From a virus (taxonomy: Duplodnaviria > Caudoviricetes): a stretch of DNA of 59,289 nucleotides. This document shows positions 54,717 to 59,289 of the stretch, piece by piece. The stretch lies in IMG/VR virus record IMGVR_UViG_3300045120_000279, positions 1 through 59,289 of that record, one strand, 5' to 3'. Below the pieces are notes generated by a model. That model saw nothing but the letters and a program-made list of their open reading frames with translations, was not told the origin of the DNA and searched no databases. The translations under genes were made by a program, and so were the position numbers. The number at the start of each line of letters is the position of its first letter. The stretch's first letter is position 1.

Positions 54717-54832
54717 TGGCCACCGCTACCAATACTCTGCTGGACTACGCCAAGTGCTACCTGTGCTACGGCACGAGCCTGGACGAGGCGCTGGTGCTGG
54801 CCATGTGGGACATCTATGTGCAGACACCATGA
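54716..54832 (+). CDS. 38-aa peptide consisting of one CYxCYG repeat
   Basis: MATATNTLLDYAKCYLCYGTSLDEALVLAMWDIYVQTP*; TAATG and ATGA coupling on both sides. Confidence 0.7.
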   Translation: MATATNTLLDYAKCYLCYGTSLDEALVLAMWDIYVQTP

Positions 54833-55167
54833 AGAAACTTGCCGTCAGTTTTCTAGTGCTTTTGGTCTTGATCACCAGCAAGGCCGCCGATGTTAAGCTG
54901 GCCTGGGACGTTCCCGTGGCGACGCCGGCGATCACTAATTTTGCGGTTTACACTTCGACGCAGCTGATCACAAATGCGGCCACGGTGCTGCGGACCAACA
55001 TGGTGACGGGGACGAATTCCATCACCATTTCAAATCTCACCTGGAACACGTCATTCAGCTTCGTGGCGGTGAGCCGGGAAGGGACGAACGAGAGCGATTT
55101 CAGCAACCTGGTGCTTTACACAACACCGAAGCTGCCGGCCCCAACCAATTTGCGAATCGGTCCGTGA
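54829..55167 (+). CDS. Secreted fibronectin type III-like protein
   Basis: Signal peptide MKKLAVSFLVLLVL; VKLAWD...ISNL..FVAVS..NESDFSN...PAPTNLRI. Confidence 0.75.
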   Translation: MKKLAVSFLVLLVLITSKAADVKLAWDVPVATPAITNFAVYTSTQLITNAATVLRTNMVTGTNSITISNLTWNTSFSFVAVSREGTNESDFSNLVLYTTPKLPAPTNLRIGP

Positions 55168-55475
55168 AACTATGGCTGCCACTCCTGGCGCTGCTGGGTG
55201 TGGGTGGCGCTCAGATCGACACCATGCCGCACAGGACGGCAGCCCGCTCGTTGGTGGTGACACCGGTGCCGATGGCGTGGAAGGTGTCCTGGGATTATTC
55301 GGATACAATTCCGGTGGAGTTTGAGGTATGGTCGAGCGTAGATTTGAAGGTGTGGGAACTGGACCGGGTGACCACCAACCGGGAGGCGGTGTTCCTCGCC
55401 CGCCCACAGCAGTTTTTCAAGGTTCGTGCTCGCGCAGACGACAGCTATTCGGATTGGGCAACAGTAAAACAATGA
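55164..55475 (+). CDS. Secreted small protein
   Basis: Signal peptide; FEVWSSVDLKVW...QFFKVRA motif. Confidence 0.65.
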   Translation: MKLWLPLLALLGVGGAQIDTMPHRTAARSLVVTPVPMAWKVSWDYSDTIPVEFEVWSSVDLKVWELDRVTTNREAVFLARPQQFFKVRARADDSYSDWATVKQ

Positions 55476-55528
55476 TGTGGGCAGAACACCCCATAGATCA
55501 GCCTGTGCAACCAGAGGAGATTGCTATT

Positions 55529-55765
55529 ATGAGCGAATCTCACGAGAACTCGGGACTAACGAAGGGTATGAAGACAATCTTGCTCGGGGTGGTTGGCACC
55601 GTCACCTCCCTCACACTCAAGGAGTGGAGTGACTTGGCCTCGGCCCTGGCAGGCATTGGCACTTTCCTGTTCATGATGTTCAAGTGCACTGACTGGCTGA
55701 TAGCGAAAATCATTGCCAAACGTGCCCGGAAACGGAAGACTCGAAGCAAATCCTATGAAGATTAA
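55529..55765 (+). CDS. Holin-like membrane protein
   Basis: Two hydrophobic segments and a basic C-terminus; ATG at 55529 with GAGGAG RBS. Confidence 0.5.
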   Translation: MSESHENSGLTKGMKTILLGVVGTVTSLTLKEWSDLASALAGIGTFLFMMFKCTDWLIAKIIAKRARKRKTRSKSYED

Positions 55766-56171
55766 ATACATCCTCCCTGTCGTAGTCCTGGCTTTGATCC
55801 TGGGCTGCACCACCGCCAAGGTCACGCCCGCCAACCCTGCGACCGGCACGCCGGCCACCACCAACTACATTGTGGACCCGCGCCTCACCACCGTTCTCGA
55901 CACCGGCCACGCTGTGGTCGGGGCTACTTCTGCGATCAACCCCTACGCCGGTCTTCTTGACCTGGGATTGGGAGCCGTGGCGGCTGTAGCCACCTGGTTC
56001 GCCAAGCGCAAGAACGACCAGGCCAAAGGGAGCGCGCTGCTGACCAAGACGGTCATCCAGGGCGTGGAGGCGTCTGGCAGTGCTGAGGCTAAGGCTGCCA
56101 TTGAGAAGCACGCCACGCTGGTGGGAGTCCAGGGTGCGCTGAGCGATCTGGTTTACAACGTCACGAAATAA
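55755..56171 (+). CDS. Lipoprotein (possible spanin-like lysis protein)
   Basis: Lipobox-type MKIKYILPVVVLALILGC plus an internal hydrophobic helix. Confidence 0.6.
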   Translation: MKIKYILPVVVLALILGCTTAKVTPANPATGTPATTNYIVDPRLTTVLDTGHAVVGATSAINPYAGLLDLGLGAVAAVATWFAKRKNDQAKGSALLTKTVIQGVEASGSAEAKAAIEKHATLVGVQGALSDLVYNVTK

Positions 56172-56173
56172 TC

Positions 56174-56195
56174 CTACCTCGGAATTCCGAGGTAG
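56174..56195. repeat. 22-bp palindrome, exact copy, filling the gap between convergent genes
   Basis: TCCTACCTCGGAATTCCGAGGTAGGA between stops at 56171 and 56199. Confidence 0.97.
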
Positions 56196-56198
56196 GAA

Positions 56199-58157
56199 TC
56201 AGGCCTGGTAGTTTAACAGCCCGGAGACCGCAAGTTTCCGGGCTCTTTCTTTGATGTCCTTGCGCCAGTCCGGGCCGTTGGGCTTGGACTTGGGCGCCAG
56301 GGTGGATAGCCGGGTGATGACGAACCCACGGATGCGCGCGCCCGCCATCCCGATAGCAATAGCGTCTGCCAGGTCAGGGCTGCGGCCGGTCTTGATCTTC
56401 ATGTCCTCCTTGGACTCCACCTCAATCCGGTTGCCGGAAATCAACTTCCACTCGCGCTGGCTGAACTCGGTGCACGCCTCCTCGGTCATGCCACGGAACT
56501 GGCCGGCTTCAATGGCCATGCGGACGCTGAACCACATCTCGGTGATCAGCTTGGAGTAGTAGTCCCGGCAGCTCTTCTGAATCTCGGCCGACACCATGGA
56601 CTCGGAGGGCTTGCCACCGCAGTCGATGGAGTTGGTGCGCACGTCCCACAGCCGGGCGAACGCCTGCACCAGGGAGGTGCGCATGCCGGCGTCGTAGAAG
56701 AAATTCTCGGCCATGATGTTCCGGTTGGCGCACTGCTTCATCACGAACTTGGCGATCTGGTCTTCGGGAGGCTCGGCGTTGATGTCCGAGAGCAGCGGGA
56801 TGGTCACCAGGTCGATCAGGGCGATGATGTTCCGGCCCTTGGACATTTGGGGGTTGTGGGAGATCATGGTCGTGGTAAGCACGTCCTCGTTCATGGGCTC
56901 GATCTCAGCGCCCCATTGCAGCTCACCAAACACACAGCGGTCGCCACCCACTCCACGGTAGGCGGCGTCCAGGAAGCCAATGCTCGTGCGCCGGCTGTCC
57001 CGAAAGTTTGGCTCCTCGAACGCGCCATGCTTGAGACAGGACTGACGGGTGATGACGCGGCGGCTGCCCTGACCTCGGGGCATCTTCGCCTCGTTCATCA
57101 TGGTGTAGTGCCAGTCGTCCTTGCCCCAGATGGCGGCGTCGTCCTCCATCTGCTGGCGTGTGATCAGGAACGGGAACGGAGGGGACTCACCAAGTCCCAC
57201 CTTCATGTTGGGGGAGTCTGATCCTGGCAGCTGGATGCAGATGCCCCGTGGGAACTTGGTGGCCCAAGTCTTGGTGCCCGGCTCCTGGTCGGCACCACCT
57301 TCCCAGCCGCCCAACTCCTGGGATGGCTCGCACAGAAAACCGTGGGCGTTGGTTGTCTCATTCGGATTTCCGAGGCCGACGAGCTTGAAGTCTTGACACT
57401 TACTGAGGTTGGATGCTGAATCAAGAAAAGCGCGGGGCATCAGATTGCACTCGTCGGCGAGTAAACGGACACGCTTATTATGGATACCAATCAAGGGACC
57501 GAGGCCGACGAACTGGCTGCCTTTCTTGCACGCGACAGCAATGATCCCATTCTTGAAGTCGCGCCCGTCGCCCGCTTCCTCTTTGGGGTTGAGGGTCAGC
57601 ATCTGCTTACCTTCAATGAGAAAACCGGGCAGCCAATTATTGTCCTGCTTGGCCGCACGGTGATACTTTTTGATCATTCCCCAGATGCGCAGCTCAAGAC
57701 TCTTCAGGTCAGTGGAGCTGACCAGGACGGTGGTGCAATCACTGTGGGCATACCAGTCGGTCAGGACGTTCCCGCCGAAGCTGTCGGACTTTCCTGATCC
57801 GGCGCAGCCCATGGCCCCGATGTAGACGTAGTTGAGATAGACCTCCAGGCACTTCTCCGCCCAGTGGTTTTTGAACGGACCCTTCTCCCAGATTTTGGTG
57901 GGCCAGGCGATCTCCTGGAAGCGACGGTAGTGGTAGAACAGCCCATTGCCAGCCTCTTCCCCGTCCTGTTTCTTCCATTTTCCACCGTGCCGGATCATGT
58001 CCAGCTCCATGGCCATGGGGTTCTTCGAGTGCTGCCACCACAGGTTATATTTCTTGAATCGGCCCGATGACTTGATGTAGGTCGGCTTGATGTAGGGAAC
58101 CGCCGGAGTGGGCTCGGGAGTTTGAGGGGCGTCTTCCGGGGTGGGGTCGTCTGTCAT
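56199..58157 (-). CDS. terL: Terminase large subunit
   Basis: Walker A GCAGSGKS, Walker B LLADE, GLGNP, nuclease FLDAAY..GGDRC and GRSPDLADA; probable ATG at 58157. Confidence 0.9.
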   Translation of the reverse strand: MTDDPTPEDAPQTPEPTPAVPYIKPTYIKSSGRFKKYNLWWQHSKNPMAMELDMIRHGGKWKKQDGEEAGNGLFYHYRRFQEIAWPTKIWEKGPFKNHWAEKCLEVYLNYVYIGAMGCAGSGKSDSFGGNVLTDWYAHSDCTTVLVSSTDLKSLELRIWGMIKKYHRAAKQDNNWLPGFLIEGKQMLTLNPKEEAGDGRDFKNGIIAVACKKGSQFVGLGPLIGIHNKRVRLLADECNLMPRAFLDSASNLSKCQDFKLVGLGNPNETTNAHGFLCEPSQELGGWEGGADQEPGTKTWATKFPRGICIQLPGSDSPNMKVGLGESPPFPFLITRQQMEDDAAIWGKDDWHYTMMNEAKMPRGQGSRRVITRQSCLKHGAFEEPNFRDSRRTSIGFLDAAYRGVGGDRCVFGELQWGAEIEPMNEDVLTTTMISHNPQMSKGRNIIALIDLVTIPLLSDINAEPPEDQIAKFVMKQCANRNIMAENFFYDAGMRTSLVQAFARLWDVRTNSIDCGGKPSESMVSAEIQKSCRDYYSKLITEMWFSVRMAIEAGQFRGMTEEACTEFSQREWKLISGNRIEVESKEDMKIKTGRSPDLADAIAIGMAGARIRGFVITRLSTLAPKSKPNGPDWRKDIKERARKLAVSGLLNYQA

Positions 58158-58162
58158 TTTTA

Positions 58163-58182
58163 TTGAAACCAAGGTGTTTCAA
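58163..58182. promoter_or_regulatory. Inverted repeat in the 41-bp divergent gap between terL and the tail gene
   Basis: TTGAAAC-N6-GTTTCAA. Confidence 0.45.
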
Positions 58183-58198
58183 CTCCAATGTAGCGTCA

Positions 58199-59289
58199 AT
58201 GCCCGAATCGGACATCATCATCACGGATGGCTCGCTGGACTGGAGTGACGGCATTGATTCCCAGGCGGTGACCACCATCCAGTCGGCACGAAATCCAAAC
58301 GGGCTCAAACGCAGCCAACTCGCTTGGCTCGACAACGCCAGCCTGCGGGACGGCGGGATCACCTGCCGCGCGGGCTTCACCCGTATCTGCCGGGTGGCTG
58401 ACCGCTCCAAACTTTTTCAGGGCAAGTTCCTCTACTCCCCGCTCAACGACGCCGACCCCTATCAGATCATGTCCATCAGCGGCCACATCCTGAAGGTGGA
58501 TGTGAACACCGGCGTGGTCACCGACCTGACGCTGCAATTCCACAACACGCCACAGTTCAACCCGGACGGTCTGGACTTCATGGTGGAGTTCTGTCAGGCC
58601 GAGCAGTTCCTGGTCATCCAGGCGGGCGACGGCACGACGCTGCCGTTCATCTGGGATGGAAACTTCCTGCGCCGCAGCAAGGGCATCACCAATCCGGTGG
58701 TGGCTCCTGGAACTCCAGGTGTCAACGAAATCCCATCTGCCGGGGCGATGGACTATTTCATGGGCCGGCTGTGGTATGCGCAGGGTCGCAGCATCTCGGC
58801 CGGCGACATCGTGGGCGGAAACTCTGGAACACTCGCCTACGATTTCACCGACTCGGTGCTCAACGTGACGGAGAACCCACAGGTGCTCGGTGGTGACGGC
58901 TTCAAGATTCCTTCCAACGACGGCAACTTGATCCGGGGCGTGCGTCACTCGGCCAACATCGACGCCGCCCTGGGGCAGGGTCGTCTGTTCGTCGGCACCA
59001 GCCAGGCCATCTACGCGCTGAACGTCCCCGTGACCCGCACGGACTGGATTGCCGCCAACAACAACACGCAGCCCCTGATGACTGTGGTGCAGATCGCCAA
59101 CGGCTGGGTGAGTGGCCGGTCGATCACCACCGTCAATGGTGACCTGTTCTTCCAGTCGCTGGAGCCGGGCATCCGCTCGCTGTTGCAGGCCATTCGCTAC
59201 TTCAATCAGTGGGGCAACATTCAGATCAGCTCCAACGAGCAGCGCATCCTTCAGTTCAAAGACCGCGCGCTCCTCAAGTTTTCCAGCGG
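58199..59289 (+). CDS. N-terminal part of tail nozzle/stabilisation protein (continues at base 1)
   Basis: ATG at 58199 (MPESDIIITDGSLDWSDGIDS...), open to the window end; absent from the ORF track because it has no stop. Confidence 0.75.
   Translation, partial: MPESDIIITDGSLDWSDGIDSQAVTTIQSARNPNGLKRSQLAWLDNASLRDGGITCRAGFTRICRVADRSKLFQGKFLYSPLNDADPYQIMSISGHILKVDVNTGVVTDLTLQFHNTPQFNPDGLDFMVEFCQAEQFLVIQAGDGTTLPFIWDGNFLRRSKGITNPVVAPGTPGVNEIPSAGAMDYFMGRLWYAQGRSISAGDIVGGNSGTLAYDFTDSVLNVTENPQVLGGDGFKIPSNDGNLIRGVRHSANIDAALGQGRLFVGTSQAIYALNVPVTRTDWIAANNNTQPLMTVVQIANGWVSGRSITTVNGDLFFQSLEPGIRSLLQAIRYFNQWGNIQISSNEQRILQFKDRALLKFSS
59267..59289. repeat. Terminal direct repeat, right copy
   Basis: Identical to 1-23. 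Confidence 0.97.

Noticed and set aside
5272-56195. Palindrome as an EcoRI-linker or adaptor artefact (it is centred on GAATTC)
   Set aside because: Coding copies preserve long ORFs, diverged copies carry mirrored substitutions, and the genes around the sites are intact
5272-56195. Palindrome as CRISPR repeats or ends of an IS/MITE
   Set aside because: Copies are kilobases apart with no spacer array, cas operon, transposase or evident target-site duplications
1-59289. tRNA or rRNA genes
   Set aside because: No cloverleaf with a T-loop and acceptor stem was seen by eye; tRNAscan-SE would be needed to exclude them fully

Overview
The window appears to be a complete, circularly permuted dsDNA tailed-phage genome (about 59,266 bp unique). 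The first and last 23 nt are identical and one tail gene runs across the join. The architecture is podovirus-like: portal, scaffold, major capsid, tail adaptor/nozzle, two ejection proteins and a ~2,960-aa internal virion protein. The terminase large subunit is inverted relative to these genes. The leftward early/replication arm encodes a RusA-like resolvase, Zn-TOPRIM primase, SSB, SF2 helicase, PD-(D/E)XK exonuclease and RecT/Bet recombinase. I recognise no integrase, DNA polymerase or endolysin. Secreted-protein motifs weakly suggest a Verrucomicrobiota host (inference). Highlights: (1) a 22-bp palindrome CTACCTCGGAATTCCGAGGTAG with 9 exact and 4 close copies, mostly 3-5.5 kb apart, inside and between genes, alongside two ParB-like genes that each carry a site (a possible KorB/parS-like genome-wide system); (2) a terminator-bounded ubiquitin-like operon (Ubl, E2-like, E1/ThiF, JAB and two unknowns) whose Ubl has an atypical C-terminus; (3) seven PxSxRR motifs dividing the giant protein into cassettes; (4) an intergenic element with two tandem predicted pseudoknots; (5) a RusA-like gene apparently split over two frames; (6) a glycosyl/methyltransferase cluster. 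All calls come from motif recognition by eye; no searches were run.
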